Origin: Malacoraja senta
Taxonomy: Eukaryota
Assembly: GCA_038087875.1 (NCBI GenBank)
Contig: CM075990.1
Coordinates: 3,102,001-3,166,000, forward strand
Direction of reading: 5' to 3'
Length of the DNA stretch: 64,000 bases
The notes under the pieces are model-generated. The model did no database searches. It saw nothing but the letters and a program-made list of their open reading frames with translations, and was not told the origin of the DNA. Numbering within the stretch: the stretch's first letter is position 1; every line of letters starts with the position of its first letter. A program made the translations under genes and the position numbers. Positions 11,700 to 24,192 of the stretch are shown piece after piece.

Positions 11700-11998
11700 C
11701 TGCCGGCCTGCGGCCTATAACATCCTGAAGCTGCGGTCTCTGGTCAGAAAGTGTTGAGTCGGGACCTCCAAGCTGGGGAGTGTGTTCGACCGTTCATGGC
11801 CCAGACCACGGGTGAACAAGGGAGGAGGACTGGGTGAACTTTGAGCCTTCCACCACAGTGAAGAATGCTGCAGTGGATATTTGTGTTAAATCTTATTGTG
11901 TATTGTGTGTTCTTTTTTTAAGTGTATCGCTGCTGGCAAATTCATTTCACTGCACCTTCGGGTGGATGTGACAAATAAAATTGTCTTTGACTTTGACT
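11700..11998 (+). mobile_element. Unclassified GC-rich retroposon with Rex1-like 3' tail
   Basis: Shares the core GCCTTCCACCACAGTG and a GTGAC(A/G)AATAAA-type tail with 20290-20635, 36675-37150 and 57370-57562. Confidence 0.6.
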
Positions 11999-12102
11999 TA
12001 CAAACTCCGTAAGGACAGCACCTGTGGTCAGGATCGAACCCGGGCCTCTGGCAGTGTAAGGCAGCAACTCTACCGCTGCGCCACTGTGATACCATTTGAA
12101 AC

Positions 12103-12235
12103 AAAGAAAGACATAGGCTTTTGTAACATCTTACACAACTTCAGGATGTCCCAATGTTTTTACAATCAATTAAATATTTTAAAGGTCATAATGTGGGGAA
12201 CGCAGCTGTAAACTGGTTGTTGGCAAGACCCCAGA
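12103..12235 (-). mobile_element. Old Deu-domain SINE (SacSINE1/AmnSINE1-like) 3' tail relic
   Basis: CTTCAGGATGTCCCAATGTTTTTACAATCAATTAAATATTTT...AATGTGGGGAACGCAGC resembles the recalled SacSINE1 tail in reverse. Confidence 0.5.
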
Positions 12236-12301
12236 ATATGTCGCCTCTCGTCACCGTAGGCTTGTCAAGCCAACATCAACCTTTATTTTAACTATTACAT
12301 C

Positions 12302-12329
12302 CTGAAGAAGGGTCTCGACCCGAAACGTC
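12302..12329 (+). ncRNA. Minimal type I hammerhead ribozyme motif in a Penelope terminal repeat (fragment 12302-12431)
   Basis: CTGAAGA-A-GGGTC-TC-GACCC-GAAAC-GTC: core intact, with the palindromic ACGT stem III typical of PLE hammerheads. Confidence 0.7.
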
Positions 12330-12609
12330 ACCCATTCCTTCTCTCCAGAGACGCTGCCTGTCCCGCTGAGTTACTCCAGCATTTTGTGTCTACCGTCGAT
12401 TTAAACCAGCATCTGCAGATCTTTCCTGCACCTCCCCAGGCCTGTGGTTGAAGGGGTAAGATAACAAATACTTTCCGTAAAGATGCAATAGAGGTGTAAA
12501 TATATGATGGTAACTACTTCACCCTGCGTTTCATTGACTCAGTCTCCAGCAGAAGTCTTTGTTTTTCATGCGAGATTGTGATCACTATATTGTTCACATT
12601 AATGGTTCC

Positions 12610-12912
12610 AGCACGGAGGCGCAGTGCTAGAGTTGCTGCCTTACAGCGCCAGAGACCCAGGTTTGATCCTGACTACGAGTGCTGTCTTTGTGGAGTTTGC
12701 ACGTTCTCCCTGTGACTGCCTGGGTTTTCTCCGGTTGCTCCGGTTTCCTCCCACACTCCGACAATGTACAGTTTTATAGGTTAATTGGCTTCGGTAAAAA
12801 TTGTAAATTGTCCCTAGTGTGGGTGGGATAGTGCTCATGTACGGGGATCGCTGGTCGGCGTGGACTCGGTGGGCCGAAGGGCCTGTTTCCACGCTGTACC
12901 TCTGAAATCTAA
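12610..12912 (+). mobile_element. HE1-like V-SINE, full length
   Basis: Head, core and tail motifs. Confidence 0.88.
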
Positions 12913-12971
12913 AGGAAACTCCAAAGATCTACCAGCCCATGAGTGGAGACATTTTTCCTCATCTCTGTTTT

Positions 12972-13372
12972 AGACAATAGACAATAGACAATAGGTGCAG
13001 GAGTAGGCCATTTGGCCCTTCGAGCCATTCAATGTGATCAAGGCTGATCATCCCCAATCAGTACCCCGTTCCTGCCTTCTCCCCATATCCCCTGACTCCG
13101 CTATTTTTAAGAGCCCTATCTAGCTCTCTCTTGAAAGCATCCAGAGAACCTGCCTTCACCGCCATCTGAGGCAGAGAATTCCACAGACTCACCACTCTCT
13201 GTGAGAAAAAGTGTTTCCTCATCTCCGTTCTAAATGGCTTACTCCTTATTCTTAAACTGTGGCCCCTGGTTCTGGACTCCCCCAACATCGGGAACATGTT
13301 TCCTGCCTCTAGTGTGCCCAAGCCCTTAACAATCTTCTAAACTCCAGAGTGTACAAGCCCAGCTGCTCCATT
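12972..13372 (-). mobile_element. CR1 3' fragment
   Basis: ORF 13058-13321 ending GEKAGTGY*; (CTATTGT)n tail. Confidence 0.9.
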
Positions 13373-13817
13373 TTAATAGCCAGCCTTAATTCCGAGATGG
13401 GACATGGTTCTGGACAGTTCAGGACAACCCTCCCTTCATCTAATCAGCCAAGCCTGCTAACTTTCTACAACATTGCTTCTCATTCTTCTGTTCAGTAAAG
13501 AATACACAGCCTAGTCTGCTCAATCCCTTTTCACGCATCATAGACTCACCATCCAGATAATCTGTGTGGTGAACCTCCACCGGTTCTTTCTCCAGTAAAG
13601 AGCACAGCATGTTTCTCCAATCAATATGCTCGAATATCTCATTGACAATAACTTCAGGCGATCCATTATGATTCATGTCATGTTGGTGGGGTTGTCACTG
13701 ACAACACAGTATTAGGGAACTCGGAAATCTCATCGCTAATAAATGATCCACCGATATTTGTGACTGGCACCAAGATGCCCTTGGAGTTCTATGTTCAGTT
13801 CTGGTCTAAACATATAA

Positions 13818-14197
13818 AATTATATAAGGACTGGACAAGTTAGATGCAGGAAAAATGTTCCCAATGTTGGGCGAGTCCAGAACCAGGGGGCCACAGTCTT
13901 AGAATAAAGGGGAGGCCATTTAAGACTGAGGTGAGAAAAAAACTTTTTCACCCAGAGAGTTGTGAATTTGTGGAATTCCCTGCCACAGAGGGCAGTGGAG
14001 GCCAAGTCACTGGATGGATTTAAGAGAGAGTTAGATAGAGCTCTAGGGGCTAGTGGAGTCAAGGGATATGTGGAGAAGCAGGCACGGGTTATTGATTGGG
14101 GACGATCAGCCATGATCACAATGAATTGCGGTGCTGGCTCGAAGGGCCGAATGGCCTCCTCCTGCACCTCTTTTCTATGTCTATGACTATGTCTATG
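13818..14197 (+). mobile_element. CR1 3' fragment
   Basis: NLWNSLPQRAVEAKSLDGFKRELDRAL. Confidence 0.9.
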
Positions 14198-14257
14198 GTC
14201 GCCCAGCCCTGGAAAATATGTCATTAAATTGGAAAGCAGAGAGATTCACCAGGATGT

Positions 14258-14581
14258 TAAAGAAGGAACTGCAGATGCTGGAAAATCGAAGATACACAAA
14301 AATGCTGGAGAAACTCAGTAGGTGCAGCAGCATTTATGGAGCGAAGGAAATAGGGAAAGTTTCGGGCCGATATTCAGACTGATAGGCGGTGGGGAGAAGA
14401 AAGGAAAAAAGGAAAAAAGGCGGAGGAGGAGCCCGAGGGCTGGGGGATGGGTGGAGACAACCAGAGGGCTGATGAAGGGGAGGGGACAGCAAGGGCTAGC
14501 AGAGTTGGGAGAACTCAATGTTCATGCCCCCAGGATGTAGACTGCCCAAGCGGAATATGAGATGCATTTCCTCCAATTTCC
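14258..14581 (-). mobile_element. Penelope 3' fragment with TSD
   Basis: 17-bp TSD GAGATTCACCAGGATGT on both sides. Confidence 0.85.
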
Positions 14582-15049
14582 GAGATTCACCAGGATGTCA
14601 GCTAGACTTGTGGGCTTATGCTAAGGCAGAGGCTGGACTTACTTCTTTGACTACCTCTGAGCAAAGAAATTCCTCCTCATCTCCATCCTAAAGGAACGTC
14701 CTTTAATTCTGAGGCTCTGAGCTCTGGTCCTAGACTCTCCCACTGGTGGAAACATCCTCTCCACATCCGCAGCTACTCTGAGGATGAACCATGTGGATCA
14801 GGCTAATCTTATCTCAATCATGATTCATCGTATGACTCATTGTTAAGCCACTCTGCAACACAAATAATGTTTTAATTTGTCTTGGCTTCTAAAATAGAGA
14901 AGGAAGACATTAAGCAATACCTCTTCATTCTCACTACTGTAATGCCTGCGGAAACTAGGCATCTAATTTTAACACCAATTGGTGGTCGAAACTGGATGGC
15001 ATGGAAGTTAAAACTGAAACTTCAAACTTAAAAGGATTGCATAGTTATG

Positions 15050-15635
15050 CATCTGGTAGAGCTGCTGCCTCACAGAGACCCCGGTTCAATCCTGACCTCG
15101 GGTGCTGTCGGGTGCTGTCAGTGTGCGGAGTTTGCACGTTCTCCCCGTTTCCTCCGGTTTCCCCTCCATCCCAAAGACGTGCGGGTTTGTAGGTTAATTG
15201 TCCTCTATAAATTGACCCCTAGTGCGTAGGGAGTGGTTGAGTACATGGGATGATATAGACATTGCGTGAAAGGGCGATTGATGGTGGGCATGGACTCGGT
15301 GGGCCGAAGGGCCTGCTTCCATTCTGCACTTTTCAATCATTTACCCAGTCATATACAGAGAGTGGTAAATGGTTAAATATGTGGCTGTGGAATTGTCACA
15401 TCCAAGATGGATCCAGCTGTACCTTCTCCCTGTGACCCCGTGGCTATTTCTCCGGGTGCTCCGGTTTCCTCCCACATCCCAAAGACATGCAGGTTTGTGG
15501 GTCAATTGGCTTCTGTAAAAAAAAAATGGCCTTGGTGTGTAGGATAGAACTAGTGTGAGCCGGAGGTCGCAGGTCAGCACGGACTCAGTGGGCCGAAGGG
15601 CCTGCTTCCACGCTGTATCTCTGAGCTAAACTAAA
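15050..15635 (+). mobile_element. Two HE1-like SINEs (15050-15338, 15418-15635)
   Basis: Core and tail motifs. Confidence 0.8.
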
Positions 15636-15699
15636 ATGATGGATCGATGAGGAGTGTTGGCACCACATTTAGCATCCAGACATTCAAAGACATCGATAA

Positions 15700-16030
15700 A
15701 TCATGTTCACAAATGATAGGAGCAGAATTAGGCCATTCGGTCCTTCAAATCTACTCCGCCATTCAATCATGGCTGATGAATCGAGTCTGAAGAGGGTTTT
15801 GGCCCGAAACATTGCCTATTTCCTTCGCTGCATGGATGCTGCTGCACCCGCTGAGTTTCTCCAGCACTTTTGTCTACCTTCGATTTTTCAGCATCTGCAG
15901 TTCCTTCTTAAACAATCATGGCTGATCTATCTCTCCCTCCCAACCCCATTCTCCTGCCTTCTCCCCATAGCCCTTGACACCCGTGCTAACCAAGAATCTA
16001 TCTATCTCTGCCTTACATCATTCATTGATG
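15700..16030 (-). mobile_element. CR1 tail with nested plus-strand Penelope terminus (15778-15912)
   Basis: TSD CAATCATGGCTGAT flanks the Penelope piece. Confidence 0.8.
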
Positions 16031-16621
16031 TTGGGAAATATCCAATCCTCTGCCCAAATTAAGAAGAGGCTTCTGAGGTTGATATCGGGAGGACCATATG
16101 AAAACCTCTGATTTAAAGTCATTCAACAAAGCCGTTAACTCGATGACATGATCAGATAATATCCAAACAGAAATTGCAAAGAATGTTAAGGTGTGCCTCC
16201 TGCAAACAGAATGATATTCTAATTATTGTACGCATCAGGTGTAGATTTGATTGATTGTGTTAGCAACTGTGCTGTGCAGTGCGGCAGGTTTTGGCAGGAA
16301 CCGCTTACAGAAATTTGTGTTATTAATTTAAATATTAATAGCAAACATGAAGTGACATTTTACAACATTTGTTTACATAGCATGAATTATTACTGGAGTA
16401 AGAGGGATCCCAGCTTTGCTATAAATCTCTGGCTCACTGTAAACTTCTGAAGGAAAAGGTGGGGAGGGAGGGGTGGACTTGGAATGGAGCAGGGTTGATG
16501 GGGGGGGGGGGGGTGAGAGGATTTTGGAGGCAGCGTAAGAAGTTTTAAAAAATGCTCTATTGTAGGATGTGGACATTTGGAAGATGATTTATGCTGTTTG
16601 GTGCAGAATGTATGAAAAGGT

Positions 16622-16949
<328 letters not shown>

Positions 16950-17687
16950 GCCCAGATTTTGACTGAGGTAATGTAAGGTACCATCAATAATGAAAGCGGC
17001 TGACATATCTATTAATCACCCAGCCCTGTTTTTCTTTCCCACAGACAACATGACTTTCCTTACACAAAATGAGATCATCTCAGCCACAACAAAAAAAAAG
17101 CCTCACATTTTCTTCCTCTGTAGCGACCGAGCTTGCTCTCGATGTGTTAAAAAAAAAAATTCAGTTCATTCTCAAGAAACAGCCAAAATTGGTTTGGAAC
17201 CAGTAGATATGCCAAGAATTTGTACCTTGTTCTGTGACCTAAAACAAAAATGACATGAACATTGACAAATTTGACAAGGAAATTTGTGCAAAAAACAACT
17301 TCTATCTGGCTAGCCAAGCAGCAAATATGTCGGATGATATGCTTTATTAAGCAATCCATTTTTCAGCAATAGCTACACCATCTGCAAAGGTTAGTGTACA
17401 TCAGACTTTTACAGAATTTCATCTGCTTCTCCAAGTTGGTGCTGTATACTACCACATTTTTCATGTACATACAATTTCAGATGCAAATAGAATACTTGAT
17501 GAAAATTCTGACCTTCCCGACTGATTCTACTACACAAAGCATCGTAGAAATCAAGTACATTACTGGCAGACTGCTCCGTTAGGTCTAATCTATTGCATGT
17601 GGTAAGGAAGATAGATATAAACTTTTTGGGGGGATGAGACAAAATTGTATTTTGCCACCGAGAATGGTCGCATTGGAACTTAATGCG

Positions 17688-18200
17688 TGGAGTAACTCAG
17701 CGGGTCAGGCAGCATCTCAATAGACAATAGACAATATGATGCTAAGACACAAAATGCTGGAGTAACTCAGTGGGACAGGCAGCATCTCTGGACAGAAGGA
17801 AGGGGTGACATTTCAATAGACAATAGACAATAGACAATAGGTGCAGGAGTAGGCCATTCGGCCCTTCGAGCCAGCACCGCCATTCAATGTGATCATGGCT
17901 GATCATCCCCAATCAGTACCCCATTCCTGCCTTCTCCCCATATCCCCTGACTCCACTATTTTTAAGAGCCCTATCTAGCTCTCTCTTGAAAGCATCCAGA
18001 GAACCGGCCTCCACCGCCCTCTGAGGCAGAGAATTCCACAGACTCACCACTCTCTGTGAGAAAAAGTGTTTCCTCGTCTCCGTTCTAAATGGCTTACCCC
18101 TTATTCTTAAATTGTGGCCCCTGGTTCTGGACTCCCCCAACATCGGGAACATGTTTCCTGCCTCTAGTGTGTCCAAGCCCTTAACAATCTTATATGTTTC
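17688..18200 (-). mobile_element. Penelope terminus pieces followed by a CR1 3' fragment (17815-18200)
   Basis: ORF 17913-18176 is the CR1 C-terminus. Confidence 0.85.
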
Positions 18201-18227
18201 TGAAGAAGTGAATAGGTGATGTTTTGG

Positions 18228-18547
18228 GTTAGTTTAGTTTTGTTCAGTTTAAAGATGCGATGCAGAGACAGGCCCTTCGGCCCACCGAGTCCGTACTGAC
18301 CAGCGATCCCCGCACGCTAACACTATCATACACACACGAGGGACAATTTACAATTTTACCAAGCCGATTGGCCTACAGACCCGCACGTCTTTAGAGTGTG
18401 GAAGGAAACCGGAGCACCTGGAGAAAACCCACACGGACAAGGGGAGAATGTACAAACTCCGTACAGACAGCACCCGTGGTCAGGATCAAACCCGGGTCCC
18501 TGGCGCTGTGAGGCAGCAACTCTACCGCTGCGCCACCGTGCCACCCA
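18228..18547 (-). mobile_element. HE1-like V-SINE
   Basis: Head, core and tail motifs. Confidence 0.88.
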
Positions 18548-18804
18548 CCAAGGCACAGGAACTCCTTTTAAAGTTAAACTGAATCATAACATCCAGGGAT
18601 ATAAGTTATTGAGGAGACTGCAATTAAACAAGCATGACATAAGGAGAACTATAATTTGAGTCACATTATGCAGGAATATTATGGGAAGGGAACTTATGGG
18701 AACTTATAAGATAAATATTTATTTCTATTTTTATGTGGGTGTGATGTGTAAAGCAATTATAGGAGGAGGAAGGATCAGGATTTTCTGCTGTGTTACTCTC
18801 GTCG

Positions 18805-19082
18805 TCAGAGATACAACGTGGACACAGACCCTTCAGCCCGCCGAGTCCGTGCCGACCAGCTATCACCCCACACACCAGCGCAATCCTACTAGCTATGGGA
18901 CAATTTACAGAGGCCAATGAACCCACAAACCTGTACATCTTTGGAGTGTGGGAGGAAACCGGAGCACCCGGAGAAAACCCACGCGTACAAACTCCATACA
19001 GTCAGCACCCTGTGGTCAGGATCGAACCCGGGTCTCCGGCGCCGAAAGACTGCCACTGTACCGCTGTGCCACCATGCTGCCA
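18805..19082 (-). mobile_element. HE1-like V-SINE
   Basis: Head, core and tail motifs. Confidence 0.85.
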
Positions 19083-19382
19083 TATACACATTGCACTTTT
19101 CCATTAACTTGGCCCAACTACTCTTTGCTTATTCTACAACGTACAAATATTTAAAAGGAATATTCTCCAGTCAGGTTTATCAGTTCATTTATTACATGCA
19201 ATCTAGCCAAGCAAAGGTGAAGTAGATGGGTTTAAATGTGACATTCAGCACATCCTACAGCCTGTTATAGATTGTATTTTACATATGGAATTAGCACGTA
19301 TAGCTTTTGTTTCTTTTAATAAAGTGATCCACATAAAATAGGAAAATATTGGTGTCTGTTAAACAAATACTGACTAACATTG

Positions 19383-19685
19383 CAGCGCGGTGGCGCAGCT
19401 CACAGCGACAGAGAGCCGGGTTCAATCCCGACCTCGGGTGCTGTCTGTGTGGAGTTTGCACAATCTCCATTTGAACTTGTGGGTTTCCTCCGGGTGCTCC
19501 GGTTTCCTACCACCACATCGCAATGACGTGCGGGTTTGTGGGTTAATTGGCCCATTGTAAATTGGCTCTAACATGTAGGATGGGAAAATGGGATAATATA
19601 GAGTTAGCGTGAATGGGTAATGGATGGATGGCGTGGTCTCGCTGGGCCAAAGGACTTGTTTCAATGCTGTACCTTCAATCAATCA
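19383..19685 (+). mobile_element. HE1-like V-SINE, (TCAA)n-tailed variant
   Basis: Head, core and tail motifs. Confidence 0.8.
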
Positions 19686-19956
19686 AAAAAAATACTCGTC
19701 AAAAATAGAACCAGTAATGGCTAAAGTAAATTTCCGCTCTTCAAATCTTACTGGAGCCTGGGTTTGATGTGCCTGTCATGTGATTTACTTAATTCCAATC
19801 CATACCAAGTTGACTTTAGACTTTAGACTTTAGAAACCTCTGTGCCAAAACACGTCACCTCACAAATTTACCACCACTCTGTGCACTATCATGAAGGGGA
19901 ACGCGTGAGATTGTTGCTTCCATGGTGGGCCGGTCAACTCTCTTAATGATTCATCA

Positions 19957-20268
19957 GATTGATTGAGAAATACCATGGAAACGGGCCCTTTGGCCGCCGA
20001 GTCCACACTGGCCATCGATCACCTAGTTCCATGTCAGCCCACTCTCGCATTCACTCCCGACACATTTTGGGGCGATTTACAGAAGCCCGTTGGCTTCTAA
20101 ACCTGCACGTTGTTGGGATGTGGGAGGAAACTGGAGCACCCGGAGGAAACGCACGCAGGTCATGGGTAGAACGTGCAAACTCCGTACAGACAGCACCGAT
20201 AGTCTGGATCAAACCCGGGTCTCTGGCGCTGTAAGGCAGCAACTCTACCGGCGCGCCACCGTGCCGCT
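19957..20268 (-). mobile_element. HE1-like V-SINE
   Basis: Head, core and tail motifs. Confidence 0.82.
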
Positions 20269-20289
20269 TCACTGGAACACAGTTCTCTC

Positions 20290-20635
20290 ATCAATATATC
20301 AATATCAGTTTTATTCGTCACATTGCACATAAAGAGCAAGTGAAATGAATTTGCCAGCAGCGGTACAATGATAAAGAACACACAAAAACACAATAAAAAT
20401 TGAACACAAACATCCACCACAGCATTCATCACTGTGGTGGAAGGCACACAATTTGGGCAGTCCTCCTCCATTTTCCCCCGTGGTTGGGACCTCAACCCTC
20501 CGCAGCCGCCGCTGCGGGCGTCCAGATGTCCAGGTAAAGTCCAGGTAAGTCCTGAATCGATGCCTCCCCACCGGAGACCACGGCTTCAGGTTGGTGTAGG
20601 CCGCAGGCCGGCGGTCGAAGATCTAAAGTCCCCTG
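20290..20635 (-). mobile_element. Unclassified GC-rich retroposon with Rex1-like tail and hairpin core
   Basis: TTTATTCGTCAC tail; TCCACCACAGC-ATTCATC-ACTGTGGTGGA hairpin. Confidence 0.6.
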
Positions 20636-20797
20636 GATCACCCGGAGGAAACGCACGCGATCACGGGTGGATCATGAGGTTCTCACTGAATACTATGCCA
20701 CAGTTGATTATCAGCCTCTGAAGAAATTATTACAATTGAATCGTAGCGGGAAGGAGAGTAGAACAACCAGCGATCAGGTATGGATCAGGTAATCAAC

Positions 20798-21082
20798 GAC
20801 ACGTCTCACCCTGGCCTTCCCCACCTCTACCATCAGGCAAGAGGTATAGAAGTGTAAATATCTGCACCACCACATTCAGGGACAGTTTCTTCCCAGCTGT
20901 TATAAGGGAACTGAACCATCTGACTGAACCACCAACCAGGCAGCGGTCCTGAACTACATCAGGCTATCTTTAATCGGACTTTACTGGAATTCATCTTACA
21001 CTAAACGTTATTCATGACATCCTGTATCTGTACACTGCGGACAGCTCGATTGTAATCATGTATACTCTTTCTGCTAACTGGT
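20798..21082 (+). mobile_element. Rex1/Babar 3' end
   Basis: CCTCTACCATCAGGCAAGAGGTATAGAAGT (PLPSGKRYRS)...AGTTTCTTCCCAGCTGTTATAAG. Confidence 0.75.
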
Positions 21083-21358
21083 TTAGATTTTAGACTTGAC
21101 AGTGCAGAAACAGGCCCATCGGCCCACCGAGTCTGCACCGACTGGCGATCATCTATCGACTAGCGACAATTTACAATTTACAGGCGTCAATCAACCTACA
21201 TACCTGCATGGTTTGGGAGTGTGGGAGGAAACTGGAGCACCTGGAGAAAACCCACCCGATCACAGGGAGAACGTACAAGCTGTATAGACAGCATCGGTAG
21301 TCAGGTTCGAACCTGGACCTCTGGTGTTGTAAAGCAGTAGCTCTACCACTGCGCCACT
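21083..21358 (-). mobile_element. HE1-like V-SINE
   Basis: Head, core and tail motifs. Confidence 0.82.
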
Positions 21359-21705
21359 AATCCATCCTATGGAATTCATAGCCAGGACACAGCTTATTGG
21401 GTCTGAATTGGGGTCATTCCCTAGAAAAGACTTATCTTCCTCTGTTTCCATTTTATTTTCCTGTACAACTATGCACCATGTCCAAGGCGGGCACAGTTTT
21501 ACAGGAAGATAAAATGGACCAAATACTCTTTTGCTTGACGGAGTTATTGATTGAATAATTGGAAGATACAGCATGGATAAAGGCCTTTCAGTCCACTGAA
21601 TCCACGCCGACCATCGATCACCCATTTACTTGTTTTGTACTGAAGCACGGAGTGTATTATGGATATGGGGATAGTGCAGTGATATTGAACATTGTCGTGG
21701 CACAG

Positions 21706-22160
21706 TTTAGTTTAGTTTAGAGATACAGCACGACAACAGGCCCGTCGGCCCAGCGAATCCACACCGACCAGCGATCCCCGCACATTAACACACACTGAAT
21801 GTGGGAGAGTGCAACCTTCACATGGTCCACCCTGTTTCGACTAATGCAATCATCCCGGCGTGCACAAACAAATAGATCAATCAGAACAAGTTGACCAACA
21901 ACTTTAGGCCATACACAAGAAGAAGAAGAAGAACACACACTGGGGCCAATTTACACTTAGACCAAGCCAATTAACCTACAAACCTTTGTTAAAGAAGGAA
22001 CTGCAGATGCTGGAAAATCGAAGGTACACAAAAATGCTGGAGAAGCTCAGCGGGTGCAGCAGCATCTATGGAGCGAAGGAAATAGGTAACGTTTCGGGCC
22101 GAAACCCTTCTTCAGACTGCTTCAGAGGCTAACCTACAAACCTGTACATCTTTGGAATGC
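21706..22160 (-). mobile_element. SINE tail half carrying two nested insertions: an (AGA)n-tailed element (21798-21931) and a Penelope terminus (21986-22129)
   Basis: TSDs AACACACACTG (21787-21797 / 21932-21942) and TAACCTACAAACCT. Confidence 0.8.
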
Positions 22161-22475
22161 TAGTCTTTGGAACTGTTGGTCATTATATTCCAGATCCACA
22201 TAAAACAGTTCTGGACAATACAGCTCACCATCATGAAATATTGACTTCATGACCAAAGCCTACATGCTGTGAATAAATTTTAAAAGAAAATGAACCCCGG
22301 GGATCATGGGGTGCAGAGAGATGAACCATCTTGGAAAACTAAGGATGACTTTAACGTGGGGACTGTTAAAGTGAGGCTAATGGTGGTGGTGGGATTGAAT
22401 GGTGTTTTATAGGTTTGTACATTGGGTAGGTTTATACGCTGGGATTTTCAGATGAATCTCAATGATATATATTCG

Positions 22476-23082
22476 TTTAGTTTAGTTTAGTTTGGTGATA
22501 CCGCACGGAAACAGGCCCTTTGGCCCACCGAGTCCATGCCGACCAGCGACCCCCGCACACCAACACTACCCTACACACACTAGGGACAATTTACAATTTT
22601 GCCAAGCCAATTGACCTACAAACCTGTACCTCCGTACAGACAGCACACATAGTCAGGATCGAACCGGGGTCTTTGGCGCTGAAAGGCAGCAACTCTACCA
22701 CCATGCCACCCTACATTGTACATTTTGCTGTATTAAAGGTTTCAACTTTTATCACTTCTTTAAAAAGCTCCCCAAAGAGACTATTGATTGTCTGTTAAAG
22801 ATCCTCCCGCAGTCCTTCACTGTAAATTTTAGACTTTAGACTTTAGAGATATAGCATGGAAACAGGCCCTTTGGCCCACCGATTCCAATTTTACAGAAGC
22901 CTATTAACCTACAAAACTTGGACGTCTTTGGAGTGTGGGAGGAAACCGGAGCACCTGGAGAAAACCCACGCAGGTCACGGGGAGAACGTACAAACTCCAT
23001 ACAGACAGCACCCATACTCAGGATCGAACCCGGGTCTTTGGCGCTGTAAGGCAGCAACTCTACCGCTGCACGACCGTGCTGG
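22476..23082 (-). mobile_element. Two HE1-like SINEs (22476-22712, 22828-23082)
   Basis: Head, core and tail motifs. Confidence 0.85.
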
Positions 23083-23137
23083 CCACAGTACATTGGTGGA
23101 GACATGTGTGTTGTGGACTCACAATAAGTTGGATGGA

Positions 23138-23346
23138 AACAGACACAACAAGCCGGAGTAACTCAGCAGGTCAGGCAGCATCTCTGGGGAAAAGGAATAG
23201 GTGACGGTTTGGGTCAAAGACCCTTTTTCAGACCCTCGTCCTTATCCCATTCCCTTTCTCCAGAGATGCTGTCTGACCCGCTGAGTGACTCTGGCTTTTT
23301 GTGTCTATCTTCGGTTTAAACCAGCATCTGCAGTTCCTTCCTACAC
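23138..23346. mobile_element. Fold-back Penelope terminus insertion
   Basis: Inverted arms; 12-bp TSD AAGTTGGATGGA (23126-23137 / 23347-23358). Confidence 0.8.
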
Positions 23347-23873
23347 AAGTTGGATGGAGATTTCAAGGTGTAGAACATGGTTCTCTGCTTCCAAAAGCTG
23401 GATGTGTTCATTCAGCCTTTTCCTTTACAATTACAAAATGCAATTGGTGTAAGCAACTCATGGGATCAACTCCAGACTAATTGCTTTTTAAGAGAGAAAA
23501 AATGTGTTGATTGGCATGTGCTTGTAAGTTCAGACATTTATTGTCTTTATTTCTTTTATTTTTGATTTATTTGGTATTTTCAGTGACATAACCTTGATAT
23601 GGAGAGGCAAGGATATGGATATAATATTGATAGGGTTGTGACATAACCTTGATGAAGAGGGGAAAAGATAGAGTATAACTTCGAACATTGAATTCTCCAA
23701 TTTTATTTAACCTCCTCCGCCCTTTCTCCCCTTCCCCCCTCCTCTGTGCCTCACCTGGACTCCACCTATTTTTCCCCTCCCCCCCCCTCTCCCCCTCATC
23801 CTCCCCCTTTCTACATTCCTTCCTCTGGCTTCACAATTTGCACCTCTTCAACCCGTCTGTCTCTCAACCTTTC

Positions 23874-24192
23874 GGGCGGCATGGTGGCGCAGCGGTAGAG
23901 TTGCTGCCTTACAACGCTTACAGCCCCAGGGACCCAGGCTCGATCCCGACTAGGGGTGCTGTCTGTACGGAGTTTGTACGTTCTCCCCGTGACCGCATGG
24001 GTTTTCTCCGAGATCTTCGGTTTCCTCCCGCACACCAAAAACGTACAGGTTTGTAGGTTAACTGGCTTGGTATTGGTGTAAATTGTCCCCAGTGTGTGTT
24101 GGATAGTGTTAGTGTGCGGGGATCACTGGTCAGTGTGGACTCGGTGGGCCGAAGGGCCTGTTTCTGCGCTGTATCTCTAAACTGAACTAAAC
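23874..24192 (+). mobile_element. HE1-like V-SINE inside Penelope 3' UTR pieces
   Basis: Head, core and tail motifs; Penelope-like flanks at 23683-23873 and 24193-24395. Confidence 0.85.

Noticed and set aside
13440..13676. 78-aa ORF that looks unique
   Set aside because: EKGLSRLG and its flanks align by eye to CR1 EERLSRLGLYSLE, so it is a decayed CR1 fragment.
17028..17253. Strong-looking acceptor TTTTTCTTTCCCACAG followed by an ORF
   Set aside because: Contains A-runs, has no convincing donor and no recognisable protein.
23874..23950. tRNA genes suggested by A and B boxes
   Set aside because: These are SINE heads continuing into the V-core, with no full cloverleaf or terminator.
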